Assembly: GCF_009914755.1 (NCBI RefSeq) | Contig: NC_060933.1 | Direction: 5' to 3' (one strand) | DNA length: 64,000 nt | From: the human T2T-CHM13v2.0 reference genome, Homo sapiens | In this document: positions 13,761 to 30,619 of the stretch, one piece after another | Numbering within the stretch: position 1 is the stretch's first letter | How the letters are laid out: every line of letters begins with the position of its first letter | Program-made: the position numbers and the translations under genes | The notes under the pieces: generated by a model | What the model saw: only the letters and a program-made list of their open reading frames with translations | Database searches by the model: none | What the model was told of the DNA's origin: nothing

Positions 13761-16700
13761 ATACAATAGCCAGTATATTTACTCAAAGAGAAGACATCAT
13801 AAAACCCTTTTAACAAACACAGCCTGACGTCTCAAATTCCTTCTCCATTCAACTTCCTTGACTGTAGAGTCCTATTCAGGGTCAAGGGAAGGAGAAATCA
13901 AACTAAAGATCATAACGCTGCATGTATGTGGCATTGTATTGCCAGAGTTCTCTGAGTAAACCTTTCTAGAGATGCACATTTTGCACTCTATTGGAAAAGT
14001 TATCTTAGTTATAATGTTTCTGAAGATGCATTTGCCATATTGAAAGCAAGCAGTCACATACAATTTGATAGACACCAGCACAAATGACAATAAAAACTTG
14101 GTAAAGTTGAAGAGACTGCCTTTGTTATATCTAATATTCTATCACCCCAGATCTATCTTCTCAAATCTCCACATTACTTAGCCTAACCCTCTTTTTCTAT
14201 TTTCTAGAGGAGCCCACCACATTGATCAGGTTGATTTATTCACATTTTCCCAAAAATGCTAGGTAGATTCCTTCCTAAATCCATTAGTAAGTTATAGTCT
14301 GTATTCCCCATGGATGAACTGTGTTCACCAGTTATGACTCTTAGGAGGAACTTCATAGAAGATCTTCAGTGGCATCTATTGGTACATGTTGGACATTAAC
14401 TAAAAATGTAGTTTTAGCAACCAACAGATTCTATTCTTATACCTGTTGGTCATGTCCAGGCAGTTATGTGTAAAATAATTACACAATGTTTCAAAATTTC
14501 AAGATGTTTGCCTACCTATATAGTGTCCTTCGCTCTCCTCTCCAGCTTTCCAAATAATATCCATAATTCAAAGACCAGTTAAATCCTACAGGCATATTCA
14601 CAGAATAACTGCCCTGAAAACATTGCTTAAATTAATGAAGACCATCTATGGGCAATGCATCTTCAAGAGCTCAAGATCTGGTGAAAAAACGGAAACAAAG
14701 AAGAAATTTCAATACAATGTGATGAAAATTTTAAATTATTTCTCTCTTGCAAATTTCCATTGCTTGTTTGAACATTCAGGAGAATAGTACTGCTTTCCCA
14801 TTGAATGTATAAATAAATGTAAGAATGAAGGTTGGCCCTCCCTCCAAATTCATTAAACATTAAATTTTTTAAGTAAAAGATAAGAGGGCTGTATGAAAAT
14901 TAAAATTCATAATTACTTCCAATATAGAAAATAATTGAAATAGATAAAAACACAACCAAATAGAAATGGATATTGCTAAAAATCACCTTCTTAATTAAAT
15001 TAGTAACAAAAGTGAAATTATTGTTCTAGCCATATTGGTGACATTGCTTCTTAAATTATTCAAATTAAAATATATTCTACTGGTGAGTTCAGGAAAAATT
15101 GACAATAAACAAATAGTATCATACACAAAGAAATATAACTCACTGTTTTAGCCTAGCAACTAGTGTTTACAGAACAAGTTACAGATTATTCTGCAATACG
15201 AAACAATCCTAAAGTGTTTTTAACCTTAAATCAAAATTCAAATTAGAATTAGAAATGAAATGATGTTCTCATTTCAGCAATGAATACAGAAGTGAAATCA
15301 CTTGATTTTTCTGAAGACTGTATTTTTCAGTGTTCATCTGGATTTAACACTTTAAAGAATACCTTTTATTCCTTAAATAACATTCAGTTTGTGAAAGTAA
15401 GCACACCTTTTTCAGCTCCGCTTATTCTGCAGAAGGATCCTTCCATATCAAGGATTAACACAATATGCATCGTGGGTTCACAAAGTTCAGTTTGCAGCTA
15501 TCCTTAGCAAATCATGAGAACCATCTGGACTGATTGATGTGGAGATTGAAAGTAATTGATCCTGCCATTGAGAAGCTTTTTGAAACATGAAATTAAACAA
15601 GATGATATTAAGCATTCTGAAGTCCATCAGAGTGGCACATCAAATGTGTTACTAGCTGTTCATTTTCCTTTGTATTTTTATAAAGACCCTTGGCTAGCAG
15701 AATGGAACAGAAATAGAAGCTAAAAGATCTAGATATTGATGTAGTGATCAAAGGCATACAGCTGGTTTACTTTGTTATAATAATATTTTATGTGGTACAT
15801 GAAGACTTTGATCCCTTGACAAATGTCATTTGTAGGTGAGCAATTATTAATAGGATTGTAAGTCTTAATATGCAAGGATCTCCATTAATAAAAGTAGACT
15901 ATTGTAAAGTGAATTAGCAATAATTTCACTTATGAATAAAAACTTATACTATTTCAGGTCATTTTCTTATTGTTTCTTGAAAAAAGAAGTCCTTTATAAG
16001 TCCAGTTAAATATTACCTAATTTTTGCATAAAATTTCATGGTAAACAAGGCTTATTTTCTTACTTTACTGATGTCTAAAAGCTAAATTTCACTGGTGATA
16101 TATCATTTGTTTAAGACTAGGTAACTGATAACCTAAGCTGAGACCCAAAATTTGTTATTTTCTTTATTTCCAGCACAATATTTTCCATCATGGTAAAAGA
16201 AGCTATGTTTCTTTAGCAAGACAATTGAAAAACATAAACATTGGTTTACTAGAAAGATTTTTAATATTCCATATTATTTACAACTGTTTGCTTATTTCCA
16301 TGTATAAAATGACATTGATTCAATAGACTTTTTCCACATTTGCATGATATTCAGCTATAACATTAACTCAGGCAATATTCATATGGCTCCAGAATTAAAC
16401 CGGTATCTGACCTCCCAATTGAATTAGACGATAGGCATTTTGTGATTTGAGGAAGACATCCTATGAATTTACAAATGTCCAGAAAGTTATACAAAAGAAA
16501 AACAAAAGACTTTAGTCTAGTTAAAAGTAGTGCTACTATTTCTTGAAATTCTGAAAGCTGTAATAAGTATCACTCCCAAATCTGGGGATAAAGTACAGAA
16601 AATGGCAGCTCCCAATATAATCTTGGACATATTTGTCATTAAGAAGCACAATGAAATATGACAAATTGTACAGCAACTTTTAAAAATTGCTAATAACTCT

Positions 16701-17477
16701 TTGTTTATCTCAGTAGTAAAATTTAAATACTGATCCAACCTGACACATATGAACATAACATACCTATTCTGAAAGACAAAGAATATGTATCAATATTTAT
16801 ATTATATTTAATACAAATCATGGAATATAGAATTATAGAATTGTGCCTATTTACCTAGAAAATATTACCCCAATTTTGTTTTTCTAAGCTTCAAGAGAGA
16901 TTTCTTGGAGAAAATGAGATTTTATAAGCAATGCTAGCAAAAAAAGACAACTTAAAAGATTATGGAGAAAAAGGCGTATTTTAGATACAAAACACAGATT
17001 GAGAAACACTTAGGGGCAAGAAGTAATGCATCACTGGCCAGTGTAAATGAACCGTTTAGGCAGTAAAATGTGTCCAAGCAAGTGGTGAGTATATCCTGTT
17101 CTCTTTTATATATCTAGACAAGTGATTTCAAACACCCACGTGGAGCCCTGAGACCCTGGGTGTTCACCTAATGTAAGCCCCAATATAGGAGCTGAGGTCA
17201 AGTAATTGAGGGAATATGTCCAACAATCAATAAGCAAATTAGAATGAGCTAACTGTCACACATTCTTACCCTCATCCCTTTGCTGCATTAACTGAGCAAA
17301 CAGCTCTCTCTAACTATGTAGGAAAAGTGTTAGTACTCAAATAAAAAGGTAAATTTAATAATCTGCTTAAGGCTGTATGAAAAAATGAAGCAATGTGTAT
17401 CAGGTTTCTTCAAATACATGCATACTGCAATCCACCCTTATAAGTAGATTTACCCTCGATTGTAAGAGCTAAAAGCA

Positions 17478-17872
<395 letters not shown>

Positions 17873-17974
17873 TTATATTATATAACATATTATATATATT
17901 TTACACTGGATAATGGAAAAATGTTACCTATTATGTTGGTGACCACAATTTTGGCAGCCTTAGAAAAACTTCAG

Positions 17975-18296
<322 letters not shown>

Positions 18297-19529
18297 TCAG
18301 AGCATAAGCCAAAACAATTAGAAATAGCATGGCTTTAAATTAATTTTTCAAGAATCTTAAGGTGACAAATATTCTGTCATCTGTCATGCAAATCTAGTTC
18401 CACAGAAGGGCAAATTAGGAATCCATTACCTGGAATAACCATTCCTCATGCCTAGAAGAAGAAACTCTACAAGTAGGATTCTTGCTTTCAACATGCCCTT
18501 ATAAATTGGAGTCAGACTGAATCATTTTTTCTTGGCAATGGACAAGAAAATCAGACTGTAACTGTAGCTTTGTCACTGAGAATTGGTCAACCATTTCAAA
18601 ATAGGTAAGTTTTCTCCCTCTGATGTTTCTACTGGGGCTTGAAGGATTGATAAATATGCTTCTATTCTCTGTCAGAATTTTGAACTAAGGGAGAGATACC
18701 CAAAGATTCAGGCAGATGGAGATCAAGATGGCAGGTTTATTTTTAAAGGAGCTATGGGGAATCTTTGTGGTGACAATAGATTTTTCTGTTACTGTAGACA
18801 CACATACCTTCCCAGCCACAAGTGGTGCTAGACAACTGCACACCTCTCCATCCCACCTCCCATCCCAACAGATACATAGGCATTTTCTTCAGATGTTGAT
18901 GAAAATAATTATTTTATCACTATATCCAGATAATTCCAACAAGCAATATGCTTGTTGAGGTGAAATAATTTTTCTAAGATACAAACAGAAAATATATACG
19001 ATTGAAATAGACACTAGGTGATATTTCACATATGCAATATGAGCTCTGTTTCTTTGACAAGACAGATGAATGAAGAATTCATGTTTGAATGATTGGCATT
19101 AGTCTAAAGTATTAAATAATGAAAGTGTCCATATTCTCTGCCCAGTATGATCTTTTAAAATATCATCCACACAAATACAAGTGAGGTCATATTTTTTACA
19201 ATGAGGCATCAAATTTAAAGGCAGCAAAAAAGTAATGAATATACCTCTTAGGCTAATTGTTTACCTTAGTGGCTTTAATGATATGGAAAGTTGAAGTTTA
19301 GAGTGAGAAAAGCACCAAAAAAGAAACTAATCAGTCTCCTGACTTTCATATCTGGTAGTCTTAGAATGAATGTCAGAACTGTCACAGGTCAAATAATGGC
19401 CCAGTATGTTTTCAAATAAGTGACACTGAACACCATGTTTTAGAAGTACATGATTGTCCTTCTTGATGTTAATCTCACAACTTAAGGACATGCTTGCCAA
19501 ACATCATAATTTCTCTTAATAACTCATGT

Positions 19530-19795
19530 CAGATAAATCTCCAGTGGAGACCTATGCTCTGGACTCCAGACTTATGCCAAGTAGCCTAATTACTATCTCT
19601 ACTTGCAGGCAAAATAGGCATCTCAAAGCGAACATACCTCAAAAAGAGCTCTTAATCTCCTACTATTCTCCCCACTTACCCAGCATCTTCCCCATTCTCA
19701 CCTTCTCTCATCATGTTCCTCATATCAGGAGGTAATAGACTCCATCCTTATAGTTATACAGTTATTAAGCCACGAAACACCCTGTTTATACCCTT
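19530..19795. mobile_element. L2 fragment (continues at ~21450-21710)
   Basis: CTCCAGACTTATGCCAAGTAGCCTA..AATAGGCATCTCAAA L2 motif; sequence resumes after the L1/LTR/Alu cluster. Confidence 0.6.
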
Positions 19796-19805
19796 GGCAG
19801 CCCTA

Positions 19806-20277
19806 TTTTTTTCTTTAATTATACTTTAAGTTTTGTGATACAGGTGCAGAACATGCAGGTTTGTTACATAGGTATACATGTGCCATGGTGGTTTGCTGCA
19901 CCTATCAACCTGTCATCTACATTAGGTATTTCTGCTAATGCTATCCCTCCCTTACCCCCCACCCCCTGACAGGCCCTTGTGTGTAATATTCCCCTCCCTG
20001 TATCCATGTGTTCTTATTGTTCAACTCCCACTTATGAGTGAGAATATGCAGTGTTTGGTTTTCTGTTCCTGTGTTAGTTTGCTGAGACTGTGGTTTCCAG
20101 CTTCATCTATGTCCCTGCAAAGGACATGAACACATTCTTTTTTATGGCTGCATAATATTCCATGGTATATATGTGCCACATTTTCTTTATCCAGGCTGCT
20201 ATCATTGATGGGCATTTGGGTTGGTTCCAAGTCTTTGCTATTGTGAATAGTGCTGCAGTAAACATACATGTGCTTGT
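19806..20277 (-). mobile_element. L1PA 3' end (non-inverted part of a twin-primed insertion)
   Basis: Reverse L1 3'UTR and tail; ORF 20107-20319 contains [13 protein letters not shown]. Confidence 0.95.
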
Positions 20278-21118
20278 GCCAACCCCATCAAAAAGTGGGC
20301 AAAGGGTGTGAACAGACACTTCTCAAAAGAAGAAATTTATGCGGCCAACAAACATGAAAAAAAGCTCATCATCACTGTGCCGGGTCCATCCCGCAGACCC
20401 TGGCTGAGCAACAGAAGAAAGGAGTACTCAGACACAAATATACAGGGTAAGAGCAGGCTAGGAGGCTGCGAGCCCTAGGGGCAGAGGAGAGTTAGCAGTC
20501 TCGATAAGCCAGAGCTGCTTGTATTTATTCAGTACTGGCATAACGTCCAAGGCCTGGAGTCAACACAATTGCTGGGTAATTAACATTTTTGCTCCCTCTT
20601 ACAGGGAGCAGTCTCATGCTCAGAAGTTCAAAAGTCAGTTTCCTGATGACATAAGTAAACAAGCATATTTAGATAAACTTCTTCACTTTTCCTTGCACCT
20701 ACTTCTCACCCTTAGCCTCAGAGAAAGAGAATTTTCTTCCTTCACCTTTATTCTCTCATGAAGCTTTTGCAAGACCTTCCAACCTTTCAAGAAGGCTTGT
20801 GTCTTTCCTTATAGCTTCTCCCACCACCCTGACCGATCTCCCACATCACTGGTCATTAGAGAAATGCAAATCAAAACCACAGTGAGATACCATCCCAAGC
20901 CAGTTAGAATGGCGACCACTAAAAAGTCAGGAAACAATAGACACTGGAGAGGATATGGAGAAATAGGAATGCTTTTACACTGTTGATGGGAGTGTAAGTT
21001 AGTTCAACTGTTGTGAAAGGCAGTGTGGTGATTTCTCAAGGTTCTAGAACCAGAAACACCATTTGACCCAGCAATCCCGTTACTAGGTTTCTACCCAAAG
21101 TATTATAAATCATTCTAC
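20278..21118 (+). mobile_element. L1PA ORF2 segment inverted relative to 19806-20277, split by an LTR
   Basis: AACCCCATCAAAAAGTGGGC..GCTCATCATCACTG | TCACTGGTCATTAGAGAAATGC..TATAAATCATTCTAC. Confidence 0.92.
20378..20845 (-). mobile_element. ERVK-class solo LTR, LTR22 (HERV-K HML-5)-like
   Basis: 468 bp with TG..CA ends and a 6-bp TSD TCACTG (20372-20377 / 20846-20851); minus strand begins TGTGGGAGATCGGTCAGGGTGGTGGG; subfamily from recall. Confidence 0.8.
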
Positions 21119-21119
21119 G

Positions 21120-21411
21120 TTTTTTTTTGACATGGAGTTTCACTCTTGTCATCCAGGTTGGAGTGCAATGGCATGATCTTGGCTCACTGCAACCACCACC
21201 TCCTGGGTTCAAGTGATTCCCTTGCCTCAGCTTCCTGAGGAGCTGGGATTACAGGCACCTGCCAACATGCCCGGCTAATGTTTGTATTTTTAGTAGAGAC
21301 AGGGTTTCACCATGTTGGCCAGGCTGGTCTCAAACTCCTGACCTCAGGTAGTCCACCCATCTCAGCCTCCCTAAGTGCTGTGATTACAGGAGTAAGCCAC
21401 CATTCCCAGCC
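21120..21411 (-). mobile_element. AluS-like, antisense
   Basis: Poly-T followed by full reverse Alu dimer. Confidence 0.93.
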
Positions 21412-21711
21412 ACCCTCATTTTTTTATAGCTCATACTATGTTAACAAATTTTATCAGTAGTAATTCAAAACATCTTCAGATTCTGTTCCTGTCTCACCAC
21501 CATCACTACCCCCCTGATTCAAACCACCATCTCTCCACTCTCCAGTTAGGTTTACTGCTATAGCCGCCTAACTGGTCTTCCTACTTCCCTGTAGCCCCTT
21601 GCCTTCAGTCTATTCTTGTTTCTGCAATTAGGGTGATTCTTTAAGAATAAGTCAGACCGAGCCATTCTTCTCTTAAAACCCTCCAATGACTTCACTCTCC
21701 ATCCCACTCAA

Positions 21712-22150
21712 GGTATTAGTTTCCTCAGGCTACTGCAACAAATTACCACCAACTGAGTAGGTTAAAAGTACAGAAATTTATTCTCTCACAGTTCTGGAGG
21801 CTAGGAGTTGAAAGTAAGGTGTCATCAGGGTCATGGTCTCTGAAGGCTCCAGGGGAGGATCCTTCCTTGTCTTTTCCTAGCTTCTCACAGTTGCCATCAA
21901 TCCTTGGCATTCTCTGGCTTGTAGTTACATGACTCCACTCTCTTCCTTCATCTTCACATACTTTATCCACTGTGTGTTTTTCTAAATATCCACGTTCTTA
22001 CAAGCACACTAGTCATTTGATAAGGGCCCATCTGAATCCACTTAACTTGATTGACTAGGCAAGATTTTATTTCCAAGTAATGTCATATTTACAAGTACTG
22101 AGAGTTGGGATTTGAACATCTTTTTGGGGAAGACACAATTCAACCCACAT
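21712..22150 (-). mobile_element. MLT1 (MLT1C-like) MaLR LTR
   Basis: GTATTAGTTTCCT..GCTACTGCAACAAATTACCAC..ATTTATTCTCTCACAGTTCTGGAGG..ACACAATTCAACCC. Confidence 0.85.
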
Positions 22151-22187
22151 TACTCACATCCCAAAGCTCCTTACCATGCACGCATCT

Positions 22188-22345
22188 CCAGTCCTTTGGT
22201 ATTCAAAGTGTGATACACAGACCAGTAGCACCAGCATCCCCTGAAACTTGTAAGAAATATAAACTCTCCAGACCACCTGAATCAGAATCTTTATTTTAAT
22301 GTGAAACCTTGGTGATTTATATGCAAATTAGAATTTGAGACGCAT
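22188..22345. mobile_element. MER5A-like hAT-Charlie MITE
   Basis: TCAAAGTGTG..ACCAGTAGCACCAGCATCCCCTG..TGAATCAGAATCT..GGTGATTTATATGCA. Confidence 0.75.
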
Positions 22346-25064
22346 ACCCCTCAAAACGACCTGCCTACTTTTCTTATTATTTCATCTGCTCCTCACTCCA
22401 TATCACTCTGTCATTACTCTGCTTGTGTCATATTGGCCTTTTTGATATTCCTGTAGTGCCTGGACTATTCCTTCCCCAGATATTTGCATGGGGTTATTTA
22501 CTCACCTGCACCAGATATAAAGATATAGTTATTATATATAGTGATATATAATTATACATATGTTATCACACATATATAAAACACAGTGCAGTTGTTCCTG
22601 GTTAATCTATTTTAAATATACATCCTATCAACCCCATTCTTCTTCCTTGCTTTTTCTAATTCAAAAGTATTTATTTTCACAAATTTTTATCCACAGCTAA
22701 ATATTACAGTGACTATTCCAAGCATTTTTCTATAAAGAAAGGTGTAGTTTACAGATTTGTTCAAAGTGGAAAAATATTTTCATCAGTAGTCTTTCTTCCC
22801 TGGTGTTAGGTTCACCCCTGAATATGTTCTGAACTCTTCCGGAGAGGCAGTCCTTCATCTAAATGTCAGTGGGTGGTAAAATGTTATATTCAAATCTGGA
22901 TTATTCTGACACAGTGTCACTTCAGAAAGTAGCTTAGTTTCATTTCTGGTTGATCCCCTTTGTTAGAATTAGGAATTTAAAAAAAAAATCTTTTGTATGT
23001 AATGATCTTTATAATAATAATAAATCCTGCCCTGTGTTTGTCATTGGCATTAACCTCTGTCTACACCCTCTGATTCTCTAATTATGGCTCCAGTGGGTAC
23101 AAAAGGTGAATTATGGTTATTTGGCTCATGCAGCAAATTAATTGGAGAAACTGATGACAAATAGTCTGTGAAGAACTACAAGGTCTTGCCCCATGCTGTC
23201 CCATTTTAGTTACCATTTAGTTATGTAGGCATTACACAAATGCCTCAAATTAGGACACCTTTGCTGTCTCAGTAGGTCGAGTGTATGAAAATTTACTTTA
23301 TGCAGAAGAAATAAATTCTAATTTATTGGTTACCAGAATCTTAATGTATGAAGGTTCTAAGTAAATATTTGATGAATTGATGGTAGCAGCGTTAATTTTT
23401 AAATGTTCCAAGCTCCTAGTTTTTTCGTTTTGTTTTTACAAAAGCCTTAAAGTTTGGTACTAAGGAAATCAAAGAATCAACTACCACCATCATGCTTCAG
23501 GGAAAGGGAAAAATGTCTACCTTTGGGTCTAATCTGCCTCCCAGGCGAGCCTACAGGTACTAGAACTCTAACTGCAACTATGATGGCACAGGGAAAATGC
23601 ATGTATGTAATATGCTTGTCGGCTTCAGCAACAACTCATGTATGCATACACATTTACTATATGTAAACAGGTCCCGTATAATACTTAAAACACAAGTGTT
23701 TGATCTATAAATATTTGATTCTTAGTATTTAAAATGCTTCTAATGTTTTAAAAGACAAAACTCCACCATGATATCACATTGAACATTAAAATTATTCCCA
23801 CAGCAACACTTTTTTCAGAGAAACAATTGAGAAGTCAGTTATCTTAGTCACCACTAAAGGCACCTGGTAAGAAAAGCCTGAACTAAATTTTAAATATTAA
23901 AAAATTAAAGAGACATCTAGTGCAGAGTTCAAACCTTTATGTTGAATTGTTTAAGAGTCATTACTGATTTCATGACGCTGATAAGTGTTTGAGATGAAAT
24001 GATTTTTAAAAATGCAGAGAAAATGCTAACAGAATATTATATAGTTCCCCTAAAGATGCTTCTTCTAATCTCCAAGTATTAAATAAGATTGATCTAAATG
24101 TTAAGTACATATAAAGTATATATTTGCTAGTCATCTATAAATTTTAAGTACAATTCCAGTGATATACCTGTATCTTTTGGAAGAGAAGAACTAAACCTGC
24201 CGTTTCTTAGGCTAAGTAGACAATTCATAAGGTCCTTCCTTCCCCATTTATTCTGATTGCCAAGCTTTTGTTCAGTAAGCTCTTGGCATCTAGTGATTAA
24301 CCAGTGACAGCAGACAGTAGTGACCAAGAGAGATGGAGAGAACGATGGTGTAAGACAGTATATAAGGACAGTAAGCCACTGTATTTGTGGAACCACTGCA
24401 TGTCAAAACTCCTTAACACTCTAACAAGGCATTTTTGGTCTTTTAAGATTAAGGACAGTCCTTACATAAGGGACTCAGTTTCAAACTAAAGTGCATCAAA
24501 AAGCAAATTATACTTCACAAACAACTTTAAAGAGGTAGCCACAAACCCAGTTGTTTTAGATTGGCCTTCTAAATGAAGTCAGCACATGGATCCATGTGTG
24601 AGTGTCGTGGACGTCATTGATTATGTAACTGTAACTGAAAGAAAAAGGCACAGCTCTGCAGACACCCAAGAGAAGCTGGCATGTTTAATGTGGATGTAGA
24701 AGGGATAATGTCCATGGCAACTGATTGGAACACAACTGTCAGCAGCCTCAACACAGGCTAAGACTGGGTTAAGCCCCAGGAGATGCAGAGAATGACTGAG
24801 GAAGCTGTGGTCTAAGGGCACAGTACAGAAGGTAGCTTGGAGTGTGCTGTGTTTCCTAGAGCCTTTTAAGTTGGGTGGTTGAGTAAAGGAGGGTGGAGGC
24901 AGGCTGTTCTACTTCCAATCCATGGATAAATCTCATTTTCTCAATGTAATACAGAGGCTGTTCTTCTATGATTGGCAAACACTATTTGTTCTTATCATGG
25001 AAACAGCATACTGCTATCAAGAAATAGGGAAAAGACAGTAAAAAAAAAATGTGTGGAAAGAATA

Positions 25065-25418
25065 TGGAATACCATGCAGCCATAAAAAATGATGAGTTCA
25101 TGTCCTTTGTAGGGACGTGGATGAAGCTGGAAACCATCATTCTCAGCAAACTATCGCAAGGACAAAAAACCAAACGCCGCATGTTCTCACTCATAGGTGG
25201 GAATTGAACAATGAGAACACTTGGACACAGGAAGGCGAACATCACACACCAGGGCCTGCTGTGTGGTGGGGGGAGGGGGGAGGGATAGCATTAGGAGATA
25301 TACCTAATGGAAAAGACGAGTTAGTGGGTGCAGCAAACCAACATGGCACATGTATACATATGCAACAAACCTGCACATTGTGCACATGTACCCTAGAACT
25401 TTAAGTATAATAAAAAAA
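25065..25418 (+). mobile_element. Short 5'-truncated L1PA 3' end with TSD
   Basis: L1 ORF2 end, 3'UTR and A tail; TSD GTGTGGAAAGAATA at 25051-25064 and 25419-25432. Confidence 0.96.
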
Positions 25419-25619
25419 GTGTGGAAAGAATAATATGGGTTTCTAACTGAATGCTTGCTTTTGAAGAGCCCACAAACAAACAAACAAAAAATTCTAAGAG
25501 CAGCAAACATCTACGTCTGTTATATTACTGAATTATTCATTTTTAAAATCCTTATTTCATAGGAGAGATATTTACAATTTTGAATTACAACGTTTGAAAA
25601 ACTTTGAAAATAACCTGAA

Positions 25620-27973
<2,354 letters not shown>

Positions 27974-28299
27974 CTCTTACTTTATTTTTCACCACAGAGC
28001 TTCCTATCAACTAGTATGTTGAATATTTTGCTTATTAACTTTGTTTATTGTCTTCTCCCTCGATTAGAATATTAGCTACTTGAGTACAAGGATTTGAGCC
28101 TGTTACATTCACTGCTGAATTTTAGACTCCTGGAAGATACCCAGCATTCAATAGAGACCACACAATAAATATATGTCAAATAAATGAGTCTGTAAGTTCA
28201 TCAATTTATTTGCCCATATGCATTAACTTTTGCCCATATAAATCCAATAACTCTTGTTATATGAAATCAACTGTACTATTTGCTTCATGTAATAGTTTA

Positions 28300-28495
28300 A
28301 AAATACATATGTGTGTATATAAATATATACAGAGATCATAGACCTAACTCCATCTATATATGTGTGTATGTGATATATAGAAATATATACACACATATAT
28401 ATGACTGACATATATATAAATATATACACACACATATATATGACTGACATATATATAAATATATACACACACATATATATGACTGATATGTATAT
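28300..28495. repeat. TA-rich VNTR, ~3 copies of a ~40 bp unit containing ATGACTGA
   Basis: ATATATACACACACATATATATGACTGACATATATATAA repeated. Confidence 0.85.
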
Positions 28496-28504
28496 CTCTC
28501 TTGT

Positions 28505-29431
28505 GTAAGTGGAATCAGGCAGTATTCAAACATACTTTCAATTAGTAATGACTATAGTTTAAATAAGAGAAAGTTTAAAGATTCTGATAGTTTAAATAAG
28601 AGAAAGCAAACATCACTACTACTAGTATTTGGGGAAAAAGATTACAAATAGAGATATTATGATAAAAGCATACAATATTTTTTATGTTTGTGCGCTTAGA
28701 TCCATGTTCAAACTTTGGCTCACCTATACATGTATAGCACATTGGAATATGTGCTACAGTATGCCATTTATAAAGACTGAAAATAATAGTTTATAAACAT
28801 TATTATTTATTTAGCAACCTCATAAGCTTGGTTTCAAAAATACCTGAATTACATAGCATAATCCCAGTGCTGGAGAACAGAACAGTAGCTGCCAAGGGTT
28901 AGGGTCGGCTGGAAGATGTGATTAGTGAGGGATAACGTGAAAACATGTACTTTGTTTGTGGTGATAGAGCAGTTCTGCATCCAGATAATGGTAATGGTTA
29001 CATAAATCCACACTTCATAGATCTATACACACACATCACACATACATTCAAACACATCTGTACATGTAAAATCCTTAGAAATATGAATAGGGTCTGAACC
29101 TAAGTTAATGGTATGGAAACAATGTCAATTTCCTGATTTTGGCAATGTACTAGGTTAAGTTAGATATAATCATTGGGGAAAGTTGCCTGAAAATAGCATG
29201 GTCATTCATTTTACTTCTTTTTTTAACTTCTTATGAGTCAAATTATTTTAAAACAAAAGGTATTAAGCAAAGACAAAAATTTGAAAGTTCAAAAATCAAA
29301 GCCCATATGAATTTGGACATATTATTTGATTTCTTTTGTAGACCTTGATTTCTTCACCTGTAAAAATGGAATAATAGTATGATTCCTATCTCATTATTGC
29401 TATGCTTAAATCATACCACTTAAGTAGGTGC

Positions 29432-29432
<1 letters not shown>
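28505..29432. repeat. Left arm of ~0.92 kb inverted duplication
   Basis: Reverse complement of 30620-31530 along its whole length, e.g. GTAAGTGGAATCAGGCAGTATT vs AATACTGCCTGATTCCACTTAC. Confidence 0.95.
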
Positions 29433-29434
<2 letters not shown>

Positions 29435-29494
<60 letters not shown>

Positions 29495-29507
29495 TATCTA
29501 TATATAT
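29435..29507. repeat. (TA)n(CA)n microsatellite
   Basis: ~24 perfect TA units, then CA units. Confidence 0.97.
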
Positions 29508-30619
29508 GACTGACTTTGACTGACTTAGGTCTATGATTTAAGATGTGGAAATTGGAATTTACCAGAACATTTGTGAATTGATTTGTTCTTATGCTTCACC
29601 AGCTGTCATGGTAAAGGACACCTTAGCCCAAGCTCATAGTATGAAAACACGTAAATGCTTCTATGTGCCCTAAATTTCTCTTGGTTAAGCTTTCTACTTT
29701 TTTTTTTGTTTATGACACAGAAATATGATCACAAAGCACATGTGTACCACAATACAAATTTCATGTATTTTGTCTCTGTATTATGTTTTCTTTCCATTTA
29801 TGTCTTTTCAAGCTAACAATTCCCAATCTCCTAATACAGTGGGCCTTTCAAGCACTTACTTCTTTAGATAGTCATGTTCTTTTAACTAGGATCTCATAGA
29901 TAAAGTTATCAAAGCATGGAAAAGGATGAAGAACCTTGACTCCTTCCCCTCTCCATCCCCCACTGAATTCAATTCGTCCCAACCTTGTATTTGTTTTATT
30001 CTTCTGGAAAAGAAAATATAGTCATCACCCTCAATAAATATACAATCTAGTTAGAGAGATATGACTTCAGAGTAGGATTTCTTAGTTTTGATTTTGATTA
30101 TCTTCCTTTAGATATTTGGAAAGACCAAAATGCTGTATGCTTATGGACTGCAAACAGTATGAGTGGAAAACAAAAGTAATAAATGTTACTTCTGACTTTA
30201 TTATAATGTTAGGATTGTTAATAGTTAACAATTACTTACTGAAGAAAGATTTAAATTGAATATTTCTAAATGGGAAAAATTTAAAAAGCAGGTGAGTCCA
30301 TAAATTTTAGGACCCAGAATCTACTGAGCTAAAAACTCAATGAGAGTTAATTCTCTGTTGGTGTTGTAGCAATTCTTGAGGTTATTTGTGAAGACTTACA
30401 TGAGAGCTAAACAATAAAAGAGGACTGAGACCACTTCAAGGGATGGAGAACACCTTCCTTTCTTGTTCAGATGATGCTCTGAGACATTGCTGTTTATTTT
30501 GACTGCCTCTTTTTAAACAAACTTCCACTTAGGAACTTAAAAACCACCTGTAAACCAACAGCCACAAAAAAGTGGGGAACTCAGTGTTTAAGCATTATTG
30601 TTCACCAGACATGGTACTG

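Noticed and set aside
13387-13816. Pro/Ser/Phe-rich and Gly/Arg/Glu-rich ORFs
   Set aside because: Translations of the GGAA/GGGA microsatellite
6300-17400. AT-rich unique DNA possibly holding exons of a duplicated gene
   Set aside because: No recognisable coding homology or convincing exon chain; would need a BLAST search
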